Positions 50,748 through 64,000 are shown, numbered from the stretch's first letter. The stretch: DNA of 64,000 nt from Selaginella moellendorffii (GCF_000143415.4 NW_003314281.1:1961882-2025881); one strand, 5' to 3'. The notes: generated from the letters alone by a model not told the origin. Numbers and translations are program-made.

Positions 50748-53700
50748 CAAAGATTTCTTCCAGGTAGATATGCAATGTTCCTTTGCTGCCAGCGTCTGGA
50801 GCTTGCTCTTGCAAAGCTTGCATTTGTTTGCAGAAATCATCACTGTCGACATCCGATGGAATACGTTTTTGCCACTTCTCGATCATCATCTCAAGCTCCT
50901 GCCTCTTGTTTTCCAGCTCTTGGAGCTCCTTCTCGTTGTTCAAGGCTGCTGCTTGTAACTCCTCCACCTTGGCCTGACACTGAATAAATTCTTTGTTCCT
51001 CGTGAAAGCTGAGGCTGCTGCTGGAACCAATGAGCATTGCTCGCGTTCTTCGCAAGGCACACTTGCAAATCTTGGAACTTCGAATGTTCTAAAATAGAGG
51101 AAAAACTTTAAACTTGTGAGAAACGAAAACTTTGATCTTACCTCCGTGATCCAATAAGAACTTGGCCTTTGTCACACCTTCCCCCGTCGAGAGATACTGC
51201 TTGGCACGACATGCTCATCTCGTTCCACGCATTTAGCATGTTTTCCTCCGTGTTGTAGACTTGTAGCTTCCGGAAAACATGGTAGAACAAGCTCTGGCGC
51301 AGCTCCAAGTGCTCGCGTCTCAAGTAGAGAAAGTTGACTCCATAGCCCAAGAAACCAGCCGGGATTTCGCCATTGGATAGAACAGGCGGTGGAATGTTAA
51401 GGAGCTTCTGAGGATGTTGAGCATCTACCGCGGCATTCCCATCCTTACGCTTGTATTGCCTGGTGAAGAACAAGATCACAGCTAAGTTTTGCTCGATGCG
51501 TGATATCAACTTACTTGATCGCGTCGATACAAAATACTGGAAAGTTCTCTGGAATCCAGAGCTTGTTGCTGCGAACAAACGCTAAAAAGGCCGTGGAGTT
51601 GTCCACGTTTGCATCAGAGCTTCTCAACCATCGTATGCCTTTGTAAGTCTTGCACACGACTTGCAGGAGGGATCTGGCTCCAAGAAACGTGGATAAACTT
51701 CTGAAACGAGCACAAACACACACACAAAACGTAAGAAAAACAGAACACATGAAGGACAAAAAATAAGCTAGGAAGGATTACCTGTTGATTTCATCCTTCT
51801 CAACCCGAGCAAGAAGAACAATCGGCCCCAAAATGTCATCCAAAGGAAAGCCTATCGGTTTCATCTCTTGAGCCGTGTACAGCGCCAATGCCGGAGAATT
51901 CTCCTTGTGAACCAAAGTCTTGAGCTCGCTTAAGATGTCGCCCTCCGTCCTTTGAGTTTCATTTCTTTCACGGAGCAAAACCTCATCATCGCTAGCAGCT
52001 CGTCGACGCTCATAAACACTCAACAAGCTTGCCTGAGCCTGCTTCAGCAAATCTGAAGAAAATAGCGTTCACTTAAGGCGGACAAGCAAAAGAACTCTTC
52101 TACCTGTATTACGACCGAATGACTCTTGGGCCGCATACAGCTTATTTGGAAGATTTTTGAGAGCTTTATGGCATTCTTTCAGGCCACAGCCAATACTTTT
52201 GATCATCTGAGAAAGATAACGTAAGGGGCAAATACACAACTATAAAAAATGATGTCACGTACCGTTTCGGATTGTTCTACAATGTACTGGTACAAGTGCT
52301 TCTCCACTTGTTCGCGAGAATAGTTGCCTCGAAGAACAGCCAAACGAGAAGTAGCACTCTTGACGTCGTTAAACTCGGCTCCAATAGCACATACCTCGAA
52401 CGTAAACAACTCTGGCATGATTTCGAGATCACTGAAAGTAGCCTGCCCATCTATTGCGGTCACGCAACAGATCGCAGGCTTGGAAGCGCGCTGCAGCGTG
52501 AGAGTGCCACGAAGTGGGATCTCTCGACAACCGAAGCACCTGTTGTCATGAATATCCACGACGTCCACCACCACCACGTCGGTATTTTCCTGCTCCATGT
52601 TAAACTTGAGCCTATACGGCCTTCCATGTACCACGTTAAGCTGCCACTTGATCGGGGTCACTTCGTCGCTGCCTTCGAGCACAAACTTGAGGACGTAAGG
52701 TCCTGCTCTCGCCGGTACCACCACGCCTTGGAAAACATAGACAGATGCTTCGTCGTCTCTCTCTCCAGACTTTGTCGAGCAGTTCTTCCCGAGCGGATCC
52801 CAGATCGAGACGGTGAGCTGCTGCAAGGCCTGTAGGGGGCGACCGTCTTCACATTCCACCAGAACCCGCATTTCCGGCACGACTTGCTGCTCGTCATCCC
52901 TGTCCGACAGTGTGAGCTCACGAGGAGTCTCGCCGAGGAGCCGTAGCAACGTTGGATTGTTTCCAGGAGTGACTTCCAACAGGACCGAGACTTGCTTCGA
53001 AGATGCTCTGATCACCAAGTTGTAGACGCCCAGCGGCATGTCAACCCAGAAGCTTTGAAATGCAGCAAAACCATCCGTCGCGTATGCCACTTTCTCAAGT
53101 CTTTCACAAGTGTCTGGAACCAAGATCTCTAGAGAAACTTCTTCGGCTTTGTAGCCGCTGTTACAAACGTTGTCCTTGTGATCCACCAGACAAACTTGTA
53201 GCTCCGGAAAAAAGCTACGCCTACAAACCGAGAACCGGCGGCCCGCATCAGCTGTCATGAGAGCTTTGAGCAGCTCGTTACGCTTTCCACAGAATGGGAC
53301 CAATCTGTGAACGTCTCCACAGCCAAGATACACTCTCCAGCTCAAAGCTTGCATAGCGTTCTTCAACGTGACGACGTAGAAGCCTTCTTTTCCGTCGAGA
53401 ACAACCCTGAGGCTGTACTTCATGTCTTCTGTACTTGAAATTCTTCTGCTGAGCAGCACATTCTCATCGGTGAGGTAGTCTTCCTCGGGAAACACCTCCA
53501 CTTCCATCTGCAAAAGTGAAAAATAAGTATTTTTGCATGGATAAGTTCTTCTTGGGTGAGAAAACAAGGAGCCAACAAAACAACCTGTTCGACGATTTCA
53601 TTGCTCAGAAATCCAGGAAGGTTGAGCTCGTCGCGTGCTTCAAACTTGAGAGCTATTTCTTCCCCGCAGCCTCCGGCAATTACTTGTGCTTCACAAACAA

Positions 53701-56700
53701 GTTTACAAGCAGCCGCCAGTTCAACTTGAATCTGGAAAGATCCAAAGGTGTTCATAATTATGAATGAAACGTGCTTGGCGTAGTACCTCGAAAGCTAAGC
53801 TCATAAGTTGATAGTCCGAGTGCCATGCTCGTCCTTCCCACAATCCAGGAGTCTTTGGCACAGTGAGTCCCCTTAGCTGACACTGTCCCTTGTTGACGAC
53901 ATAGCAAATGTCTTTGTCCCAGCTCATTGAGATTGTGCCTCCTATTGCTGTGTCGACGTTACCAGCTTCGTCCACAACATGAACGTTGAGTCCGGTAACT
54001 TCCCGTCCAATGTAAGATCTTTTTGGTTGCTGAAAGCAAATACAGTTTCGCTTCTCGAATGAAAAATGGATAGGCATATTGTGCTCACCTCAAATGCAAA
54101 TTTCAAGGTTCGACTAGCGCCCTTGAAAACTATTTCGAACATTACGATGTCGTCCTCCGAAGAAAGAACGATGGAACCTGAAAACCCACAATGAAGCAGC
54201 ATTTTAGCTTTGCATCAAAACAAGCACCTGTCAAGTTGTATTCCTTTGCGACTCTGAGTTCGCTCAAGCGAACAATGCCGGCTCCATCAGTTTCGACTTC
54301 TTGCTGTGAGAGGTGTACGCCAGATAGCTGGAGACGCATCCGAGTTCCCTGCCTAACGGAGTTTCCCCATTCATCGAATCCCTGCAGCATTACAATCTAC
54401 ATTAATATGGTGCAATGAGAAGAACAGTGCCTACCTTGAACACCATGCACGGGAAGTAACTGTCGGGATCCAGTGGTTGCTTGACGCAAAACATCGATCC
54501 AGAAGGAGCGAGCTCGAGAGAGCTATTCACAAGCTCCAGTCGTGCAAGCTTGCCAGGATAAACTGCGGAAGAAAAACAGAGCGTCATTGAGGAAGAAACA
54601 ACCGAAGCTATCAAGATAACAGCTGATAACCTTGACATCTCCAGTGTCCAAGCTTCTGGTTTCCAACGTAGAAGCATAGACGAGCGTCGTGAGCCGGCAG
54701 TATGCAGCCCCGAACTATGAAGTTCTGTGGAGCAGACATTATAAGCAAACCCGAAAAGAGGTTTGAGACTTACTCCGACATTCATTTTGTCCTTCTTTTG
54801 GGAAAAGCTCACGCTCTCACGTCCAAGCGAAACTGTACTAAGCCTCGTGCTCTCCAATGTCTCGAGAACCATGCACAAATTCGGACAAGGCTGTGAGAAT
54901 GGCACCAGATTGTCGTAGGTGTCAAATCCCTGAACAGTAAAGTTCTGCGTTACTAGCTCCTCCAAGCTGTAGAATTTAGAACATAGATAGTAGTTAATAG
55001 CAATAAAAGATAAGCTTACGTACGTAATCCCGGTGCATGCCTTGGTATCAACATGCCATCTGGAAACGAACTCCAAGGATTTGATATTCACCTCCCAAAC
55101 TGCTGGCTTAAGGTCCGGATGCCCATCAATCGAGAACTCCACCTTGTACTTCCCAGCCTTGCAAAGATCTGGAAAGATTGTGCCCGCAGCGAAGGCATAG
55201 ATTCCCTTGATACCGTTTCTGGCTTCAACCTCCGCGTAGTAGCACCCTTGCATCTTCGTCTCGTCACGATCTTTCGACGAGAAATGCACTTCCGCCTTCA
55301 TCCGGTGGGGGTCTGCAACAATCGCCGCTTGCTTGCAACTCGCTCCAGTGCCTTGCTGTGGACGCACCACGACCAGAAACGAGTCGATTTGGAGCACGTA
55401 TCCCGCTTCGAACGTGAGGTTACTCCGATGCAGATGTTTCCCCCCAAACACTCGCCTGTCGTCGTTGTTGAGAAGCTCTACGAATGCCGGCAGCTTTCCC
55501 TTCAGCCGATTCTCCTGTGTATGCCACTCACTTGGAGTCATGCGGTGGCACTTCTCCGAATTCAGAACGCTGCAAGGAAACCACCTGCACCTGTTGAGCT
55601 TGAAGCTGCAAATCTGTGCCGTCTCAATCTTGCTCTCTTCTTCCGTAGTCAGTAGCTCCACGGGCCTGCAAACCATCTTCACTTCCCCGTATTGTTCGTC
55701 GATTCCATCGCAGAAGAACCACTCGATGACACCGTAGAAATTTTGCTTGCCTTTGTATAGCTCTTTCTGTAGCTTCACCATATCGCCCGCTCTCCAGTCC
55801 CCACGCGGATCTTTGAGGCACTTGTGAAAACAGAGAACTGAAACAATGTAAAAGTTAGTTTGTCATACGCATGAACGAGATCAACGCAAAAAGCTTACCT
55901 TCTTTTTCGACCTTTAGAAGCCTTTTCAATTCACTTTGGCCAATGACGTATGTGGGATCGTCTCCAAATTCGACCTCCCGGTCAAATTCTTCATGCATTC
56001 TCTTCGTCCAGTTTGCAAATTCGGCAATGACCTGAGGAGGCTCCAACACCTTGCTTTGAAAGTATATCGTTGTTTTCACGTCTGGAACATTCACAAACAT
56101 TTCAAGAGTGGATACAAACCATATCAAAAGCTCTTACCTGCTGGGACTGTATCCTCTTCCATGCTGCCAAGTTGCTTTAACGCAGTCGTAAAAGGATGAT
56201 CCTCCACAAGTTTCGTCTTGCTTGGGGTTGGATGGAACCCTGCATCCACATCTGGAAATTCGATGTTAAGAAACCACTGCGAGGATAGAATGTGTATCTC
56301 TTGCCTGCAAACACTTTCACCCTCTTTATCCAGCGTAGCACACTCTTTTTAGAAGCTGCATCCATAAACGGCATGCTATTCTGTAGAGATCAATGTCAGA
56401 AATATGGTAACTGGTATACTAATCTGGTTTACCCATCTTGCATTCGGCAGAAGTCGTCCCAACCATCTCAGTCCCACCCTGGGAAATGTGTCGAAGTTTT
56501 CCTTGAAGTCTTTTCTGCAACTCTTTAGATCTTCAATGACGTCACTCAGCTTTTCCCTTCCCTGAAACAAAGCTCCATTAGAGTCTGAATTTTTCTGATT
56601 AAAAATGGAGTATACCTTGATGCTTGGAAAGTACTGGCATGTCAAACGTGCATGGGCTTCCTCCGAAGACGCTGAGAACAAGAGTGAGAAACGAGCGATA

Positions 56701-58490
56701 GAACTAGTTCGGGCTCTTACCAGAAACAAGGCGCAGATCTAGAATAAACGGTTCTCCAGGGGAAGAGTGCTGGTTGCAGCTTGTAATCTCGCCGCCAAGC
56801 TCCTCCAGCAAATTCTCTCCGTTCACCTACAATTAAAACATTCGGAATTTCTGAAGTCAATTATAATCACAGCACCTCAAACTCAACAGGAGTCATAGTT
56901 CCACTCGAGCTCCCAACACCATCGTACTGTAATAAAAAAAGGTGACAGACAATGCACTTTAGTCTCAGTCATATTAGATTTACCTGGATATACAGAGAAT
57001 ATATGTCTTTGAGCATTTGCTTCACTTGCTTCAAGACCCAGTACTGCCGTTGTCCTTCGATACACGCAGAAGATTTCAGGTCAGATATCTTCACCTGCAA
57101 CGCAAAACCAAGTCGAGTTTAAACAGTAGTGCGAATCAATCACACACACTTACACAAGTAAAACTTCCGTGAGGTGACTTCTTAGCCTCCTCCTCAGTCA
57201 TCAGATGAAAGCCTCCGCGGGTTCTCCAAATCCGACTGCCTCCTCCTGTTTCCATTGCAGCTTTGCTGAATTTGAGGCTGACCACTCGCTTCGACTTCCT
57301 CGTCTTCGAGCGAACTTCCACAGACCTGAAGATCCGAAGCCAACAACCAGTTTCCAATAAAGAAGAAATGGACGACTTACAAGCCAAGGAAGAGAGCAGC
57401 AGCGACCCCTCCAGCACCGTACTTCCCAAGATAAGGCTACAACCCAAAGTATGATCGAGAGGACCAACGAATATCACACAGATACCTTGAGAAATGGAGG
57501 ATCGCCGCCAATTCCCTGTCGATGAACATTCCGGTGATTGGAAGCTCCCACGGTTCCCCTACTCGCATTCGTGTCAGCCATAGCAAGAAGTAATCAAACT
57601 ACGTACCATTTCTCGATTGAATCTTGAGCCGTGGCATCCATTCCCATTCCCGTATCAAAGATTGTAATGGTATCTTGATCAATCTCCACGCTGAGGCAAA
57701 ACCTAGCTCTCGTGAGTATACAAGAACAGAACGAAAGAGAGTTAAAGAACCTACCTGACGAGTCGCCTGAAACCTGGTTGATTCTCCCACACTGCTTGCA
57801 GTGCGTTGTCCTGTGAAAAAAAGAAAGAGAGAAAATCTTCCAACATGGAGAAAAGCCGTTTCATCCATACCACATGATCGGCTAGAGCTGTCTCTAGCGT
57901 GTATCCGTCCGGGAGCCTCTCTAGCATTTCAACTTCTGGTGTCACGTTCCACTGCAAAAGAAAAAACGAAACCGATGGAACAAAAGCAAGAAGCGCAACA
58001 AACAAGATTGCTTACCCAATACCGGTGAACCGTGCGCTTGTTCCCATCCTAGAGACACAAAAAACGCTGAGAGAAGGAACCCGAAAGGGAGTGGAAATGA
58101 AGAGCCACATACCTGGACAAGGATCTTCCTCCGCGCGCCCTCGGAGAAAAGCTGCTCGATATCATCGATTCTTTCGCCACTCTCATCCTCGATCCACATT
58201 TCCTTGCTCCAATCGAGCTTCCGCACCCCATCGGGACCATCTGCAGGCCGCTCCGCAAGATCGTCGAGCAAGGCATCCACATTTTCGTAGGAAGATCTCT
58301 TGATCTCCACGCCGCTCACAACCTCGCCATTTGGTAGCAGGAAATCTGCCGAAACTATATCCAGCGATACCTGATCCTTGAACTTGAGCTTCTTGCGAGC
58401 AGTGGAGTCGGGATTGAGCGACGGCCTGCGAAAGCCTCGCCTCTTGCGCGGGATCATCGCTGGCGCTTCCATTCTATCGCTGCTCTCCAT
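50695..58490 (-). CDS. GMI1: GMI1/SMCHD1-like protein: N-terminal GHKL ATPase, long middle, C-terminal SMC hinge, many exons
   Basis: LPDGYTLETALADHV-DNALQAVW (GHKL), RSKTRKSKRVVSL, WLGRLLPNARW, and hinge ILGPIVLLARVE...VVCKT...GFLGYGVN...LRQSLFY...AVSLDGG. Confidence 0.85.
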
Positions 58491-58939
58491 CAATCAATCC
58501 TGTCGATCCATCGATCATCGCCCTAGAGCATTACGATCGCCTGACATCAAGAAATATCCTCTTCGGCTGAAAGTTATTAGGCTAGTCCCCAATCATTAAT
58601 GGAACAAATCTTCGGAAATCTCCTCGGTCAAAACAAGAGCGCAGCTTATAATACTACTTGAATCCAAGATTGGACTTGAGAAGATTATTTAGACCTCATC
58701 ACACAGTGTGGCAGCGCCAGATCATCGCTACTTAGTGTTGCAAGTAATTGATAAAGTCTTAAGCTCAAACCACGTGTTTGCATGAATATGGATGTGAGCA
58801 AAAAAAGAATTTTTCTTACCCACTGCCGATCACTTGCCTATGTTCGTTTGCCATGTTCGTTTGCGTGTGATGCACAAACTCTTTCACACTTAGACTATAT
58901 AAGAAACTTGAAATAGAGAATGTATCATACATAATTCCA

Positions 58940-59539
58940 ATGGCAAGCTCTAATGTGCTCCTAGCTGCTCTTGTTGCTTTAAGTCTTTGTTTTGCAGCAA
59001 TCCCAGTCGCAGCAGCCACTTCCTTCAACGTTGTCAATCGCTGCGGGGGCTCGCTTAACATCATCGTCCGCGAGAACGCCGGAGGCCCCTCGATTGGAAC
59101 CTCCGGATTCACTCTCTCCCCCGGCGCATCTCGCCGACTAAGTCCTCCGAATCGCTGGGCGGGAAACATCGGCACTGGAACTCCTGGCCTCCTGGCCGAG
59201 TTCTCGATCAACAGCAACAGCAACCTTGATTTCTACGACATCAGCGCCGTGGATGGCTTCTTCATCGGCACTGGGATGAGCATCACTGGATCTGGCAGGG
59301 GTCTGACTTGCCGAGCGGATGCTGGAACTTGTCCTCCCCAGAACAGGAATGGGAATACTTGCGCCAGTCCCAACAGGAACGATCCAAACTCGCAGTACGC
59401 GCGGAACGTCCGTGCCTCATGCCCGGATGCTTATAGCTGGTCTGGTGACGACACCAAGACTTTTGCTACTGGAACCGGAGGAACTTTCAGCATTACGTTC
59501 TGCCCGTCATCAATCAATCTCTTTGCAGCAAATAAATGA
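58940..59539 (+). CDS. Short secreted thaumatin-like (PR-5) protein, intronless
   Basis: Signal peptide, SFNVVNRC, LAEFSI, DFYDISAVDGF, CPDAYS, ITFCP. Confidence 0.9.
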   Translation: MASSNVLLAALVALSLCFAAIPVAAATSFNVVNRCGGSLNIIVRENAGGPSIGTSGFTLSPGASRRLSPPNRWAGNIGTGTPGLLAEFSINSNSNLDFYDISAVDGFFIGTGMSITGSGRGLTCRADAGTCPPQNRNGNTCASPNRNDPNSQYARNVRASCPDAYSWSGDDTKTFATGTGGTFSITFCPSSINLFAANK

Positions 59540-60176
59540 ATTCCGGTCTTCTACTTGAGTTGTCTATAGTTATTATATCCACGGCCACCTCCACAGCGCG
59601 TCCATGTCGCACGGGGCAAGAATGTACCGCGCGTCATCCACGCGTCCCGCGCGGCCAAGTCCACGAGAATGCGGGGTTTGTTTAATTACATGGTATGATA
59701 TTTTATTGTAGGAACCCTGTTACTGAGATGATGGCTATGAGGGTAGAGGTAAACCGGTGTAGAATCGATGCCGAAGGGTCCACTCAACAAGGACTTTTAG
59801 TATGCAAAAATCTGCTCTTTTAAGTACCCTTTGTTCTGGTCACAAGCTCAGAAAAACAGCTTAAACTAGTCATTTAGGACATCAGTCTCCCAAAAAGAAC
59901 GTGTCGTGTTTAAACCTTGCCAATACTAATTTAAAATAGAATAAAGTAAACAATATTCTTAGCTCTAAGTTTTTACGAAGTCCAAACACAAAATAAATTC
60001 GGGAAGGAAATGCCGGGTCGCTCACACCATTGAAGATGGTAGTGTTGGACGCGCTCGGTTTTCCCATTATCATCCTCGATAAGAGTCACTTCAAGTCGGA
60101 TATCTGAGATACGGTCCACAAGCTTGATTCTGTGCGATCATCATAAAACCTGCACAGGAAAATAAAATACAGCGTC

Positions 60177-60281
60177 GGCACACTCCCTTCGCAGGAATTA
60201 TCCTGATCAGGTCGTGAGGGTCTCATCTCAGCCTACCCTTTCAGAAGAAAGACTCTTTTCAGGGCAAGCACCCCTGGTGCC
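60177..60281 (-). ncRNA. TPP riboswitch aptamer in the THI1 3' region
   Basis: Minus strand GGCACCAGGGGTGCTTGCCCT...AGGGTAGGCTGAGATGAGACCCTCACGACCTGATCAGGATAATTCCTGCGAAGGGAGTGTGCC: GGGGUGC, CUGAGA, CCCU, ACCUGAU, UAAU loop and GCG.AGGGA motifs, closing P1 GGCAC/GUGCC. Confidence 0.95.
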
Positions 60282-60456
60282 AGATTTCATCAGTTTCAAG
60301 AGCTTAAGCTTGCAAACCAAATTACCAAACAAGTAGTAGCAAACAGAAAAATACTTACTGAAAAAACAGAAAGTAGCAGCCTTATCCCATGGAGAACCAC
60401 ACGCTCGGAAGATGATTCACTCCACTCGTAAAACCAGAGATTTTTCGAGCGAGTGA

Positions 60457-61780
<1,324 letters not shown>

Positions 61781-61894
61781 CTACGATTGATCCTGGTCTC
61801 TACAAAGATTTGTCAATGTTAAACTTCGAGCGAGCATAAGTTGGAGCTCCTATCTCGAGACAAATCGCAAAATCACAGACAAAGATCGGGAATT

Positions 61895-62949
61895 TTAGTA
61901 GATTGTGCTGGCGAGAGACTTGACCTCTTTGGAGACGTCCGTGTAATCCTCCATGAAGCCTTGCTTTTCTTCGTCCTCCAGCTTGCCTTTGACAGGATTT
62001 AACAGCACCAGCATGCAGCAAGCCGGACGCTTCTGAGCGGCGGCGCCTCCCAAATCCTGAAAAGATAGAAAAGGAATGAGTACAAAGGTAAAAAAGGATG
62101 AGAAACAAAAAAGATATGATCGTGCCTCTTTTGAAGGAACGTAGATGTAAGGAATGTCCGACTCTTCGCAGAGTATTGGCAAGTGTGTGATTACATCGAT
62201 TGGTGAGATATCTCCTGCGATTACACAGAGCCTGCAAAGTAGAAAGATAGATCTGGCACTGTACGATTGCAAACTGGAAGCTCTTACCCCTTCTGTCCCC
62301 GGCGAACAGCTTTTACGACCTCCTTTACTCCCCTCCTGAGTTGCTTGTTCTGAGCCGCTGCAAAAACAAAGACCGCAAATCTTGTCACATAAGAGAGTAA
62401 TACTTGTAAGAAAAGATAACCTCAGACAGCGAATAGCAGCAGCAAGGCGAGAAAAATCCCACCTTTCAGCCGGTAATTCCAGAAAAATTAAGTCATCATA
62501 GGCCTAAGGACCAAGAGCAGGAAAAAAACTTAAGAACGAAACACAGGGCCTCAGCCAGCCTAAAGTCGCAGCACCAAGGCGAAGCAAAACTTCGTCTTTC
62601 AGCCGGTAATTCCAGAAAAACGAAACATCATCGGCCAAAAGAACAAAAAAAAAAGAGAGAGAAAAAAAGTGGAGAAATAAAGCAGAAAAGCCTCAGCAGC
62701 CAAATCGCAGCATCAAGGCGAAGAGATCCTCGCCTTTAAGCCGGTAATTCCAGAATCAAAACGATCCAAACATCATCGGCTATTGCACGCATTCATTCTT
62801 CCTTCTAGATCCATACCTCTCCGGACGAGCTTGAGCGTCTTCTTACAAAGGCGCTTGCCCGCTAGTGGCCTAGCGATGATCGACACATGCTGCCGCTTCT
62901 TGCGATCCTTTTCCTTGTCCTTCTTGTTGCCCTCGCCGTCACTCACCAT
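61895..62949 (-). CDS. NHP2: H/ACA ribonucleoprotein subunit 2 (NHP2, L7Ae family), 4 exons
   Basis: [57 protein letters not shown]. Confidence 0.95.
62418..62504 (-). ncRNA. Intronic box C/D snoRNA, copy A (snR77/snoR77/SNORD65-like)
   Basis: C box ATGATGA (62499-62493), guide TCTGGAATTACCG, D' CTGA (62469-62466), D CTGA (62425-62422), terminal stem. Confidence 0.88.
62547..62636 (-). ncRNA. Intronic box C/D snoRNA, copy B (snR77/snoR77/SNORD65-like)
   Basis: C-like ATGATGT, same guide, D' CTGA (62602-62599), D CTGA (62554-62551), GGCC/GGCC terminal stem. Confidence 0.88.
62689..62781 (-). ncRNA. Intronic box C/D snoRNA, copy C (snR77/snoR77/SNORD65-like)
   Basis: C-like ATGATGT, same guide, variant D' CTTA, D CTGA (62696-62693), AGCC/GGCT terminal stem. 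Confidence 0.83.
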
Positions 62950-62957
62950 TGCCACAT

Positions 62958-63003
62958 AAAACCCTAGCCCCTAAACCCTAACCCCTAAATCATGAACCCT
63001 AAA
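62958..63003. promoter_or_regulatory. Telo-box cluster upstream of NHP2
   Basis: aaaccctag, aaaccctaa and aaccctaaa within ~50 bp of the ATG; telo-boxes are typical of plant ribosome-biogenesis promoters. Confidence 0.65.
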
Positions 63004-64000
63004 CATTCTGGTCATCGCAAAGAACGACAAAGCTATCAAACCGTCAACTTTTCTTATAGTTTTTTGTTCAGTGGTGTTGGAACGTTAGGTCTCAGTGGTT
63101 GAAGCGTCCAAAGTATCTCTCTCCTTTTTTTTCTTTCTTTTGACGCATGGTCTTAAATGTCCTGTGCGTGCTTTTGATAACGACCAAGTTTGAAATGTAT
63201 GACACTCTTCCATGTTCCTTGTCCTGCAAAGTTTCACGTAGCTCCACACCGAAACACGAAATCTCCAACTTAACCTTTTGCGGCCAAGATCAAGAGCACT
63301 GAACGAAAACAAGTTCTCCCAGCCCAATGCGTGAATCAAAAGCCAACAGCCAGCGAAAAATGCGTGAGTTTTGGCCCCATGATTTTATTTCAGTCACATC
63401 CTTCTCATGAGACTGGCCTCCTGTTTGATCGATGCCAACAAAAGCTTGTGCTAGTGGATTCAACACGGAACATTCCACGGATCCTTCATGACAAAGTCAA
63501 CGTTTGGATCACGCTTCTAATCGCGTGTAACCCTCCAAAAGGCCCCCATGCTCCAGCGTTGAAGAAATCGGGATCGATCGTTCGTAGCTTTATTCGATTC
63601 AATCACGGAAGTTGAATCCAAACACATGTTGCTAAGAGCCACTGGCCAGCATCTGATCCTACGCAAAATAGAAAATCACTATCCAATTTCTTCTAGACTT
63701 CCAAATGTAGGGGAAGAAAGGTTGCAGGCGCAAAGATATGTTGACCCGGAAAATACTGAATGGTAAAATCTAGGATCATATTTTAGGGTTTATGCGAAAC
63801 TTCTAAAGTTCCGACGCGAGCTCCCTATGCCCCTAGAAAGCCACAGGACTTGTCGCGATGCCCTTGTCCCAAGATAAACACCAAGCGAGCACGTTTGAAT
63901 TTCCCGCCATTTTAAACTAAGGAGTTGAATAATCGGGGGTCTTCGTTTGCCCCAGAGCTTCGTAGTGTTATTTATTCTCGCATTGTCTCGCCGTTCGTCG

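Noticed and set aside
62418-62781. Three repeats of GCCGGTAATTCCAGA as a CRISPR-like array or rRNA fragments
   Set aside because: Eukaryotic intron with irregular spacing; C/D boxes and 18S complementarity explain them as snoRNA guides.
63050-63700. Short ORFs upstream of NHP2
   Set aside because: Multiple stops in every frame and no family motif; possibly a decayed fragment.

Overview
Gene-dense land-plant nuclear DNA with very short introns (mostly ~50-75 nt), PLS-class PPR genes and a motile-cilium gene (BBOF1-like). This combination points to a seed-free plant with flagellated sperm, most consistent with a Selaginella-type lycophyte (inference, not searched). About 24 recognisable spliced or single-exon protein genes are present: TRAIP-like RING E3 (3' part), a type I MADS-box gene whose MADS box the ORF track mostly omits, two tandem TBL acetyltransferases, DRM1/ARP, two PPRs, BBOF1-like, DUF688, FabG/KAR, SINAT, two LEA-like plastid proteins, a degenerate macrodomain, SPA, a PRR that keeps the phospho-acceptor Asp, RabC, PDRP, STR6 (TrhO-FSH1 fusion), GMI1/SMCHD1-like, a short thaumatin-like protein, THI1 and NHP2. 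Non-coding highlights are a TPP riboswitch inside a 3'-UTR intron of THI1 and three box C/D snoRNAs antisense to 18S rRNA (snR77/snoR77/SNORD65 type) packed into the enlarged first intron of the H/ACA protein gene NHP2. Two accessory stretches (19.8-22.3 kb, AT-rich; ~37.5-40.4 and 42.9-50.5 kb) contain decayed and duplicated gene fragments, including a pseudogene resembling microbial 2OG-Fe(II)-oxygenase-associated proteins. All family calls come from motif recognition by eye; no database search was run.
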